This document shows positions 20,273-29,611 of a stretch of DNA of 64,000 nucleotides, one piece after another (the stretch's first letter is position 1; every line of letters begins with the position of its first letter). The stretch is taken from contig CBDDCX010000007.1 in NCBI GenBank assembly GCA_965226375.1, forward strand, positions 96,001 to 160,000, given 5' to 3'. The translations under genes and the position numbers were made by a program. The DNA comes from Longimicrobiales bacterium (GTDB taxonomy: Bacteria; Gemmatimonadota; Gemmatimonadetes; Longimicrobiales; Gaopeijiaceae). The notes under the pieces were generated by a model that saw only the letters and a program-made list of their open reading frames with translations, had not been told where the DNA came from and did not search any database.

Positions 20273-22285
20273 ATCGGGATAGGGGAGGACCGGCGATCCC
20301 GGTCTTTCCCCTCCCACACCACCAGGCATGCGGGTCCGCACCTGGCGGTTCGGTGAGTTGAGGTCAGTACGGCGTGAGCCGGGGCACACCCAGCTCGTCG
20401 AAGTACGCCCCTGGCAAGGCCGTGTGCAGGGCGTGGTGCGCGGCCACGTGCCACCAGCTTCGCGCGAACCGAGCAGCTCGCCAGGCGAGGTTCTCGCTCA
20501 CACCGCGAGCCCTCAACTCCCGGTACGCTGTCCTTCCCCGTTTCCACTGGCGTAATTGCAACGTACGCAGCCGGCGGTGGATCCATTGGTCCAGGTCTCG
20601 GAAAACCCCCGGTGTATCCGCTAAGCCGAAGTATGCCTTCCACCCCAGCACGTAGCGCCGTAGCTCTTCCGCCACCTGTTGCAGGCTCCGCCCGCCACTC
20701 CGGCTTGTAATCTGCCGGACTCGCTCCTTGAACTTCGTCAGGGCCTTCTTGCTGACCCGGCGCTTCACGACCTTCCCTGCCGCTACCCAGAAGCTGTAGC
20801 CCAGGAACTGTCGATCCCACACTCGCGCCACCGCGCTCTTTTCCTCGTTGACCTGAAGCCGAAGTTTCCCGTACAAGTGCCTCAGCGCCTGCATCACACG
20901 TTGTCCTGCCCGCCTCGACCGCACGTATACATTGCAGTCATCGGCGTACCGGACAAACGCGTGTCCGCGTAGCTCCAACTCCTTGTCCACTTCGTCCAGG
21001 AGCACGTTCGCCAGCAACGGCGACAACGGTCCGCCCTGAGGCGTCCCCATGTGCCGCTCCATCACCACCCCGTTCGCCATGACTCCGGCTTCCAGGTAGC
21101 GACGGAGGATCCGCAGCATCGCCTTATCCTCGATCCGCTTTGCCAGCCGCCCCATCAGCACGTCGTGGTTCACCCGGTCGAAAAACTTCTCCAGGTCCAC
21201 ATCCACCACCCATCGTCTCCCTTCCTGGATGTATTGCTGCGCTTCGCGCACCGCATCGTGTGCTCGGCGCCCAGGCCGGAAGCCGTGGCTGTGCCGACTG
21301 AACGTCGGGTCGAACCTCGGTTGCAGCTGTGTGGCCTATCTACTACCTGTCCCCACCTCCGGGAGCAGGATTGGCACACCTCTGACGAAGCGTTCGGGAT
21401 GTTGCTTCGAGCACGGATTTCCTGCATGACCTGATCGGCGTTTGGACCTTGTTAGCATGAACCGGTCCAGCACGGTCGGAATCCCCAACTCCCGGACCCC
21501 TCCCCCACTCTTCGGTATCTCCTGCCTTCGTACCGGCTTCGGTTGGTAGGTCCCCGCCAGCAACCGCTGTCGGATCTCCCCCCAGTGCCTGCGCAAGTAC
21601 TCTGGCAGCTCCTCCACGCTCATCCCGTCGATGCCCGGACTGCCCTTATTCTGCCGCACGCGTTTCAACGCTCCTACGAGGTTGGCACGCCCGACCACCT
21701 CCTCCATCAGGAGATGCTCGCTTCCTGAGCGCTCGTCTCCATGGGCCACCGTTCCGGCTTCGCCACTCCCCTCTACCTTCGGGGCTTCACCCCTATCCTC
21801 CAGCGGGAGCTCCAGTTGCCTGGACTCCTGGCGCATGGCCTTCTCGAGATCCACGGTCGTCACACTCTCCTCTCCGTTCGGCCCTTCGTCCGACAAAGCT
21901 GGGTCCAAGCGCATCATGCACTTCGTCGGCCTACTGGCGCATGGCCTCTGCTGACTTCTCGCTCCGCCGGCAGGCCCAACAGCGCAATGCCGGCGTCGCC
22001 CTTTCAGGCGTCAGGCGAGACCTCCCCGGGTAAGAACGATGACCTTCCCCGCACAATCGCCGGATCTACGCCGCTTCCCCTTGGTCGCAGGAGCTTCGCG
22101 GTCAGTGGTCCGCTCGCCCCGGTCCGCAGCACCTCGTATCCGGTTCCTGTTCGTCGACTCACGGGTTCGTTTCACGCTTCGTTCAGCGTACGCCTCACGA
22201 CGAACGCCTTGCGCTTCCCTTCGGTCCCTGCGACCAGGTTCCGGGAGGACTTTCACCTCCAAGTCATCGCCCATGCCGGGCCCAC
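20273..22285 (-). mobile_element. Group II intron, bacterial class C (IIC)
   Basis: 5' end GTGGGCCCGGCATGGGCG; short DV GAACCGCCAGGTGCGGACCCGCATGCCTGGTGGTGTG with CGC triad; DVI ending CCTATCCCGAT; RT/maturase ORF without endonuclease domain. Confidence 0.93.
20364..21917 (-). pseudogene. ltrA: Group II intron reverse transcriptase/maturase, disrupted at 21327-21456 by scrambled IS3-derived sequence
   Basis: NKGSPGIDG, RELGIPTVLDR, GFRPGR, DLEKFFD, GTPQGGPLSPLL, RYADD, GWKAYF; the break may be an assembly artefact. Confidence 0.88.
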
Positions 22286-22334
22286 CACGACCGAAGACGT
22301 CGACCGATTGGTCGATGTCCTGAACAACGTCTAG
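22286..22334 (+). pseudogene. 3' tail of a lost gene (resembles a class V aminotransferase C-terminus)
   Basis: Reads TTEDVDRLVDVLNNV-stop directly from the intron boundary. Confidence 0.4.
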
Positions 22335-22437
22335 TGTGGTGCTACAGAAACTCGCGAGCCACCTAGAGGGCCGAGACACTTCTGTAACACCACATTGGGT
22401 GCATAGTCCGACGCACTCTGAACCGAGGCGATATCCC

Positions 22438-24021
22438 ATGCGTTCTTTGCTCCGCATCCTGGTTTTCTCTCTGGCCGCCCTGTCCTTCGGATGGATCGAG
22501 TCCGCAGCCCAGACGGCGCCGTCGGTCGATCTGGACATGGTTGCCCGCATCCGCGAGGAGGGGCTCCAGCGCTCCCAACTCCCGAACACCTTCTCCTACA
22601 TGACCGACGTGTTGGGTGCCCGGCTCACGAACTCCCGTGACATGAATCGCGCACAGGATTGGGTTCTCGGGGAGCTGAAGGAGATCGGGCTGGAGAACGC
22701 GGCCCGCGAGCCGTTCATGGACTACGGGATGAGCTGGGACAACGAGTACGTGTCTCTGCATCTCATGGAGCCCGACTACACTCCCATGGTCGGATACCCG
22801 ATCGCGCACACGCCCAGCACCGACGGGAAGCAGCGCCTCGAGGTCGTGATTGCCGACGTGCAGACGCGGCAAGACCTGGAGCGCTACCGCGGCCGGCTCC
22901 GCGGGCTGGCCGTGCTCAGCTCTCCACCGCCGCGGATCGACCAGACACGATTCGTCACCGGTACTCCGCGGCGCACAGACCAGGAACTACGGGCTCTCGA
23001 GGAGGACGTCATGCTCCCGGCGGCGAGCCCAGATGACCATTTCTCCCGACTCTATCCCGACCGCCCCCAAAACCCGAACATTCTCACCGCAGAAGAGCGG
23101 CTGCTTTTCTACGTGGCCGAGGGCGTATCGGTCGTGCTGGAGTCGCGGAGCGGTTGGCCGGGAGCGGTGCGAGGGTTCGCCAGGCCAGGTGCCAAGATCG
23201 ATCGCTGGGCACGCGATGTGACGCTCTCTGCGGTGCCGGTCGTTGCGGTCACACCCGAGCACTACAACCGGATGTACCGCATTCTCAAGCGCGACATCCC
23301 CGTCGAAATCGAAGTCGAGGTCCGCAACACCCACGGCGAGCGGGTGACCGAAGCCAACAACGTTGTGGGAGAGATTCGAGGCACCGACCTCGCGGACGAG
23401 GTTGTGATGCTCGGCGCACATTTCGACACATGGCACGCCAGCCCCAACGCCAGCGACAATACGTCCGGTGTGGCCGTGATGATAGAGGCGATGCGCATTC
23501 TCAAGGCGGTGGGCGCTCAACCGCGGCGAACGATTCGCATCGCACTATGGTCCGGTGAGGAGCAGGGGCTGTGGGGATCGCGCGCCTATGTGAAGGAGCA
23601 TTTCGGGGATCCCAACGACTCCAGCGTAGGGGTCACTCCCGACTACGAGAAGTTCTCCGTGTATTTCAACCAGGACTACGGACCCGGCGTCTATCGGGGC
23701 ATCTTCCTGGAGGGAAACGAGCACGTGCGGCGGACGTTCGCGGCGTGGATGGAGCCGCTCAGCGATATGGGGATGAAGACCATCTCGGTGCAGAGCCGGG
23801 GCAGCACCGACCATGTGCCGTTCAACGCGGTGGGCCTGCCGGGCTTCCAGTTCCTGCAGGCCCGTGTAGGCGGCACGGGCGGTCATACGAACATGGACTT
23901 CTTCGATACGATCCCTGTGGAGGATCTGATGAAGAACGCCGTCATCATGGCCACTTTTGTGTACCATGCGGCGACGATTGATGAGCGGATTCCGCGGAAG
24001 GGGATGGCCGGGGGAGAGTAG
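22438..24021 (+). CDS. M28 family peptidase (carboxypeptidase Q-like), secreted
   Basis: Signal peptide; LGAHFDTWH, SDN, WSGEEQGL, STDHVPF, HTNMD. Confidence 0.9.
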   Translation: MRSLLRILVFSLAALSFGWIESAAQTAPSVDLDMVARIREEGLQRSQLPNTFSYMTDVLGARLTNSRDMNRAQDWVLGELKEIGLENAAREPFMDYGMSWDNEYVSLHLMEPDYTPMVGYPIAHTPSTDGKQRLEVVIADVQTRQDLERYRGRLRGLAVLSSPPPRIDQTRFVTGTPRRTDQELRALEEDVMLPAASPDDHFSRLYPDRPQNPNILTAEERLLFYVAEGVSVVLESRSGWPGAVRGFARPGAKIDRWARDVTLSAVPVVAVTPEHYNRMYRILKRDIPVEIEVEVRNTHGERVTEANNVVGEIRGTDLADEVVMLGAHFDTWHASPNASDNTSGVAVMIEAMRILKAVGAQPRRTIRIALWSGEEQGLWGSRAYVKEHFGDPNDSSVGVTPDYEKFSVYFNQDYGPGVYRGIFLEGNEHVRRTFAAWMEPLSDMGMKTISVQSRGSTDHVPFNAVGLPGFQFLQARVGGTGGHTNMDFFDTIPVEDLMKNAVIMATFVYHAATIDERIPRKGMAGGE

Positions 24022-24159
24022 GAAACGGAGGTTTTGCGCCCCCGACGAACCTTTTCGGTGTGCCGCGAGTTCTTAATAGTACGTCACGATCCACGGCCAC
24101 TGTAGCATTGAGACGACCCGCTTCCGCCGACCTGCGGTTGGCGCACGATCAGAGGAATC

Positions 24160-25224
24160 ATGGCCAACGTCATTCTCCCGCCGGGGTGGCGCATCCCGGA
24201 CCGCGAAGCGTCACCGGACTCGGTGTTCTTCAACCGCCGAGCGTTTCTGAAGAAGTCGGGACTTGGGATTGCAGCGTTCGGTCTCGGTGCTTGCGGTTCT
24301 GAGTTCACGCCGGCCGAGCTGGACCAGACTCCGGACGCCCCGCTCGCCGGTATCGGATGTGACGGCCCCTCCATTCTCCATCCTCTTCAGCCCATCTGCT
24401 CCTCGCCCAATGCGAATCTCTACCCCGCGCTGCGAAATCCGGCCTTCGACACTCCGTCAGGCGGCTTGACCGCACGCCTTTCGGCGGCGGTGCACAACAA
24501 CTTCTACGAGTTCATAGGCACGTTGGACAACGTCAACCTGGTCTGGCCCTATACGGGCCCGTTCAACGTGTGGCCCTGGAGCGTGGAGGTCGTGGGCGAG
24601 GCGGAGGTGACAGGGGTGTTCGACGTCTCCGACTTGGAAAGAGAATTCGGGCTCGAAGAGCGTGTATATCGGCACCGTTGCGTCGAGCGTTGGTCGATGA
24701 TCGTGCCGTGGGTCGGCTATCCGCTGGCCAAGCTCATCGACAAGTTCAGGCCGCTGTCCTCGGCCAACTACGTCCGATTCGTATCTTTCAATCGACCGGA
24801 AGAGGCCGTCGGTCAACGCATTCAGCCGGGCCTCCCCTGGCCGTTCTATGAGGCGCTTCGATTGGATGAGGCGAGGAATGAGCTCGCTTTCGTCGTGACG
24901 GGGGTCTACGGCGAGCCATTGCCCAAGCAGCACGGGGCGCCGTGGCGCCTTGCCCTCCCGTGGAAGTACGGCTTCAAGAGCCCGAAATCCATCGTGCGGA
25001 TCGAGTTCATCGAGCAGGAGCCGTCGACCTTTTGGAGTGACATTCAGCCCACGGAGTATGGCTTCTACTCGAACGTGAACCCCGACGTCCCGCATCCGCG
25101 TTGGTCACAGCAGTGGGAGACGCCCCTGGGCACCACGGCCGTGATAGACACGCAACTCTTCAACGGATACCAGAGTTACGTATCGGACCTCTATGACCCG
25201 GAGTTGCTTACGTACATCAGTTGA
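24160..25224 (+). CDS. msrP: Protein-methionine-sulfoxide reductase catalytic subunit (molybdopterin, Tat-exported)
   Basis: RRAFLK Tat motif; NNFYEF, YRHRCVE.WS, QHGAP.RL..PWKYGFKS, EYGFYSNVNP..HPRWSQ. Confidence 0.93.
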   Translation: MANVILPPGWRIPDREASPDSVFFNRRAFLKKSGLGIAAFGLGACGSEFTPAELDQTPDAPLAGIGCDGPSILHPLQPICSSPNANLYPALRNPAFDTPSGGLTARLSAAVHNNFYEFIGTLDNVNLVWPYTGPFNVWPWSVEVVGEAEVTGVFDVSDLEREFGLEERVYRHRCVERWSMIVPWVGYPLAKLIDKFRPLSSANYVRFVSFNRPEEAVGQRIQPGLPWPFYEALRLDEARNELAFVVTGVYGEPLPKQHGAPWRLALPWKYGFKSPKSIVRIEFIEQEPSTFWSDIQPTEYGFYSNVNPDVPHPRWSQQWETPLGTTAVIDTQLFNGYQSYVSDLYDPELLTYIS

Positions 25225-26098
25225 CCGGGTTGGCCGGACCTCGAGACCAGAAGTCGATGCGCGTGAAGTACCCGACGACCAAGTCGGCGCCGGCCGGGAG
25301 GTTCTTTCCGGCCAGCGGCAGGCGGGTGCCGATCTCGAACTGACCGGGACCGGCCGGAATGAGGAGGGACGGGCTCAGCCGAAGCATTTCCCGTTTGGCT
25401 CCCGGTGCCGGTAGGCCGTCGAATATCGGCGTTTTCCCGTACCATCCGTCGAAGGCCACCTTGTAGCCGATCGGGCCGAGCTCCCCGCCGACCGCCGCAT
25501 AGAAAAACCGCTCGTCGCCAAAGGCCTGATCGTCATCCGGTGATGGCTCTCGCCAACGATAGCCGATCCAGGCCGCCACGTAGGTGGGGTTCGGATAGAA
25601 CGAGTGGCCCAACTCGAGCATCAACTCCCAGTCTCGCTGGCCATCTCCGAGAGGAATGAGGTTGGTACCCACGTCGAAGTCGCCCACCGGTAGCTTCACG
25701 CCGGCGCGGATCGCGACGGGCGTGCTCATGCCGAACAGGCGCAGTGGACTGGCTCGCGCGTAGAGGCGAACGTCCCCGGGGCCAGTAGAGGTCCGCTGTC
25801 CGAGCACGTCGTCGAAACGCAGGCGGTTGAAGGAGAATTGGGCCCAAGCGTCGACCCCGTCGACCAATCCGAGCGCTGTGGTCAGGAAGGTCGAGTTACC
25901 GACAGCATGCCCGTCTGCCGGGAACGGGCCCTGGTCGCCCTCGAAATTGTACACCTGCTCGGTGTCCTGATGGTAGAACGTGAGGGACGTCCACCCCTTG
26001 CCGGGCGGCTCGATCCACTGGGCTGAAATCGAGACAGGCACCGCGGCGCCACTGAGGCTGAGTACTGCAGACACGACCGCGATCCCCGGAACGCGCAT
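25217..26098 (-). CDS. Secreted/outer-membrane beta-barrel-like hypothetical protein
   Basis: Signal peptide ending SAQW; GPGDVRL, GVKLP...PLGDGQRD motifs; start probably 26098. Confidence 0.65.
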   Translation of the reverse strand: MRVPGIAVVSAVLSLSGAAVPVSISAQWIEPPGKGWTSLTFYHQDTEQVYNFEGDQGPFPADGHAVGNSTFLTTALGLVDGVDAWAQFSFNRLRFDDVLGQRTSTGPGDVRLYARASPLRLFGMSTPVAIRAGVKLPVGDFDVGTNLIPLGDGQRDWELMLELGHSFYPNPTYVAAWIGYRWREPSPDDDQAFGDERFFYAAVGGELGPIGYKVAFDGWYGKTPIFDGLPAPGAKREMLRLSPSLLIPAGPGQFEIGTRLPLAGKNLPAGADLVVGYFTRIDFWSRGPANPVN

Positions 26099-26301
26099 CC
26101 GTCTCGTGAGTTCCGCCGTATCGCCGCACCATTCTCCAGCCAGATTCACGACATGGTTTCCAATGGAAGGGCTTTCGGAACGGGCCCTTGCCTTGTGAGG
26201 ACGGAGGTCGGGACGCACCCTGATACGCTCGGCGGGAGCAGGGGTTTCCTTTAGCTACTAACTCCGCCCGAAGTGGACGCCACGACCGACCGACGGAGAC
26301 G

Positions 26302-27426
26302 ATGGCAGAACCCCTGAAGAACTCGTTCGGACCCGACGTACCGGTCTGGATTGCCGACATGATCGCCATCGTCTACTCCGACTTCGATCGTGCGTCGTTT
26401 CTCGAGGTCACGCTCGACGGGTTCGAGGACCTCGAGTTGACGTCCAGGGCCAGGCACATCTCGGCGGCGCTCGCCGAGCACCTTCCCGGGGATCGCGAGC
26501 GCGCGATAGAGATCCTGATCGACTCCTTGGACCATGAGGTCGAAGGAGTCGGGTCGGGAAGTGTCGGGTTAGCCGGTATGGAGTCGTTCCGGTATCTGCC
26601 GTTCGTGTTCTTCGTAGCGGACTACGGGCTCGACTGTTTCGAGACCTCCACGCGGGCGCAGTACGAGCTCACGCAGCGCTTCACCGCCGAGTTCAGTGTG
26701 CGCGCCTACCTTGATCGGTATCCCGAAAGGACCCTCAGGCGGCTCGGCGAGTGGGCGGTGGATCCGAACGTCCACGTGCGCAGGCTTGTCTCCGAAGGCA
26801 CCCGCCCTCGACTTCCGTGGGCGCCTCGTCTTCGACGTTTCCAGGAGGAGCCGGCGCCCGTGCTCGATCTTCTCGAGCGTCTCAAAGATGATCCCGAGGA
26901 GTACGTGCGCCGCTCGGTGGCCAACAATCTCAACGACATCTCCAAGGACCACCCTGCCCGCGTCGTGGAGGTGGCGAGGCGTTGGTGGAAGGACGGGAGT
27001 GCCGACCGGAAGCGACTCGTGCGTCACGCGCTTCGAACACTCGTGAAGGCCGGCGACGAGCGTGCGCTGACGGTGCTCGGCTACGCGCCGGACACGGCTG
27101 CCTCGATTCGCACGGTGGCGTGCTCGCCGGAGACCGTCGAGATCGGCGGCAAGGTGCGGATCGAGGTCGAGGTCGAGAACCTCTCCGACGAGGAGGTCCC
27201 GGTGCTGATCGATCTCCGCGTGCACTTCGTGAAGGCGAACGGATCGACGAGTCCCAAGGTGTTCAAGGGAGCGATGCTGACGTTGGAGCCGGGTGGAGCC
27301 ACCACCGTGCGGAAGACAATCTCGTTGGCTCAGCACTCGACCCGCAAGCACTACCCGGGCCCCCATCGGTTCGAGGTCATGATCAATGGGAGCACGCACC
27401 CGGGGGCGGGGTTCGAGCTCCTTTGA
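26302..27426 (+). CDS. DNA alkylation repair protein (AlkC-like HEAT-repeat glycosylase) with C-terminal Ig-like extension
   Basis: TQRFTAEFSVR, HVRRLVSEGTRPRLPW, YVRRSVANNLNDISKDHP, TRKHYPG. Confidence 0.88.
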   Translation: MAEPLKNSFGPDVPVWIADMIAIVYSDFDRASFLEVTLDGFEDLELTSRARHISAALAEHLPGDRERAIEILIDSLDHEVEGVGSGSVGLAGMESFRYLPFVFFVADYGLDCFETSTRAQYELTQRFTAEFSVRAYLDRYPERTLRRLGEWAVDPNVHVRRLVSEGTRPRLPWAPRLRRFQEEPAPVLDLLERLKDDPEEYVRRSVANNLNDISKDHPARVVEVARRWWKDGSADRKRLVRHALRTLVKAGDERALTVLGYAPDTAASIRTVACSPETVEIGGKVRIEVEVENLSDEEVPVLIDLRVHFVKANGSTSPKVFKGAMLTLEPGGATTVRKTISLAQHSTRKHYPGPHRFEVMINGSTHPGAGFELL

Positions 27427-27439
27427 GTAGGAGTGGTAA

Positions 27440-29370
27440 TCACCGAACCCCTGCAGCCACCTCCTCCTGCCCGATCCGGCGGCGCATCCCATCCACGTCG
27501 TCTTCCATTCTGGATACGATCGCCTGAAAGAGCGGATCGTCGCGCACGCCGTCGAAGATCGGATCGATCGCGATGAAGTACGGAAATCGGTAGCCCCTCG
27601 ACTCGTAGGCCTGCTCGGCCCATCGGATGGCCTCGTCCCGCTCCCCCATGGCTGCGTGGATGGAGGCCATCTCCCAAACCGGTCCCCAGGAGTCGTTCCG
27701 CTCCAGGAGGGCCTCCGTCTCCGTGAGCATGTCGGTGAGCACGCGCATTCCGCGCTCGGTCTCTCCTGTTCGGAGGAGGGCGAAGCCCAGGGTGGTACCC
27801 GTGTAGTGCCAGTGGAAGCTCGTGACGTCGGGATCCAGCCTCATCGCTTCCTCGGCCGCCGACCTGAGGCGGTCGAAGTCTCGATTGAAGAGAGCTGCTC
27901 CGGCAGCCCCCTGATGGGCATATGCCGAGGTCGGGTGCTGGAGGACGGCTCGCTCGGCGATTTCCATGCCTTGCTCGCATTCTCCCCGAAGGCTCGCGAC
28001 GGCTGACAGAACCTGCATCGCCTCCAAGTCATCGGGCTCCAACGCGAGGGCATCCCGAGCCCAACGTTCAGCGAGGTCATAGTCCCCGAGCTGCCAATAC
28101 GACCAGGCGACCTGCGTGCGCCGGTAGCGGAAATTCGGTGATAGGCGGAAAGCTCGCATGGACCAGTAATGGTATTCATCGAACGCACCGAAGCTGAAGT
28201 AGATCGCGTCCATGCTGGCCACAGCCGGAAGGTGGCTCGGGTCCAACTCCACGGTCTTCAGGTAATTCCTCGGCGCCTGTCGGTTCTCGCCGCGAATCCG
28301 GTATGCGAGGCCGAGCGCCTTGTATCCGTCGGGCAGATCCGGATCGATCTCGATTGCCCGCCGGCTGGCCGCCATTGCCGAATCCGCCCAACTGATCGGG
28401 AGACCGTAGTTTCCGACCCGCAACCCGAAAGCGTCTCCTAGGCCCGCCCACGCCCGGGCATAGTCCTGGTCCAGCTCCAAAGCCTGGCGGAAGAGGCGGA
28501 TGGCTTCATCGTTGTCCTCGGCGGTATACCGCCCGTACGCTTCTCTTCCCTTCAGGTAGAAGTCGTAGGCGGTCAGGCTCGCGGTGGGTGCATGAGATAT
28601 CCGGTCCCCCTCTTCGGACGAGAGGGTCATGCTCAGCCCCTCCGCGATCCGGGTGGCGATCTCCGACTGGATGGCGAAGATGTTCTCCGCCGTCAACTCG
28701 CGATCATAGGTCTCCGCCCACAGATGGGTACCGGACTGCGCCTCGATCAACTGGACGTTAATGCGGACGCGACCGCCCGCGCGTTGGACCCCACCTTCCA
28801 CCAGGGTCTGGACGCCCAGTTCCTCTCCGATGGTCGGGATGGTTTTCGTAGTACCCAAGTACTGCATGACCGACGTGCGGGCGATGACGTCTAGCGAGCC
28901 GATCTTCGAGAGCTGGGTCAGGATGTCGTCGTGGATGCCCTGCGTGAAGAACTCGTTTCCCTCGTCGGCGCTCATGTTCGCGAAGGGGAGCACCGCGATC
29001 GCGGGCTTGCCTCCCCCCCCATGCCCGCAGCCCGAATCGGAAGGTCGTCCAGACCTTCGATGACCTGGTCGGTGCTGGTTCCCACGAGCGTCAGCGATAC
29101 GGCGGTCAGCGTCAGGAGTCCACCCAGCATCAGCAACTCTGGCCCACTGATTTTCTGGCGCCCCTGCTCGCCATGATACCAGGCCAGGATCAGGGCGACG
29201 AAGAATCCGACGATCAGGAGCAGATCGATCGCCCGCCCCATCCCGGCCGTGAGCCCCCACCGCTCTCCCAGTACGTCCATCACCTGCCACACCAGCCAAG
29301 CCCCCGTCAGATAGGCCAGGGTCCATTGGACCAGCTTGCGCTGCTTCAGGCGGGCGAAGAGAGGCGACAT
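27440..29370 (-). CDS. Membrane-anchored TolB-like/TPR protein; frameshift in C8 run at 29013-29020
   Basis: RLKQRKLVQW N-terminal TM module, IAVLPFANMS, IARTSVMQY, HLWAETYDR, TPR repeats. Confidence 0.85.
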
Positions 29371-29500
29371 GGATCAGCAGCGGGGTTGGCCAAACGGCTC
29401 ACCAGTGCTTGTGCTCACGGCTGCTGCTCCTGGAGGGAGGTCGGGGAGAACATGGACGTGGAGGGTTTGGCAGAGCAAGTCAACACTCGGGTGGCGTGAA

Positions 29501-29530
29501 GCAACCTCCGACCTTATGCGCTTGTCCAAT
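29501..29530 (+). promoter_or_regulatory. Putative ECF-sigma promoter
   Basis: GCAACC-N16-TGTCCAAT, about 80 bp upstream of the permease start. Confidence 0.4.
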
Positions 29531-29611
29531 ACTTCGTTCGCACTCGAAGCCACCACGGTGGGGGGGTAGCCCGCCGTGGTTGCAGTGATAGACGAAAGAC
29601 AGGAGATCCAG

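Noticed and set aside
20364..21917. RT near a variable LRR gene as a DGR or retron
   Set aside because: The RT has YADD plus a maturase domain within clear intron DV/DVI and 5' boundaries; no TR/VR pair or adenine-specific variation was seen
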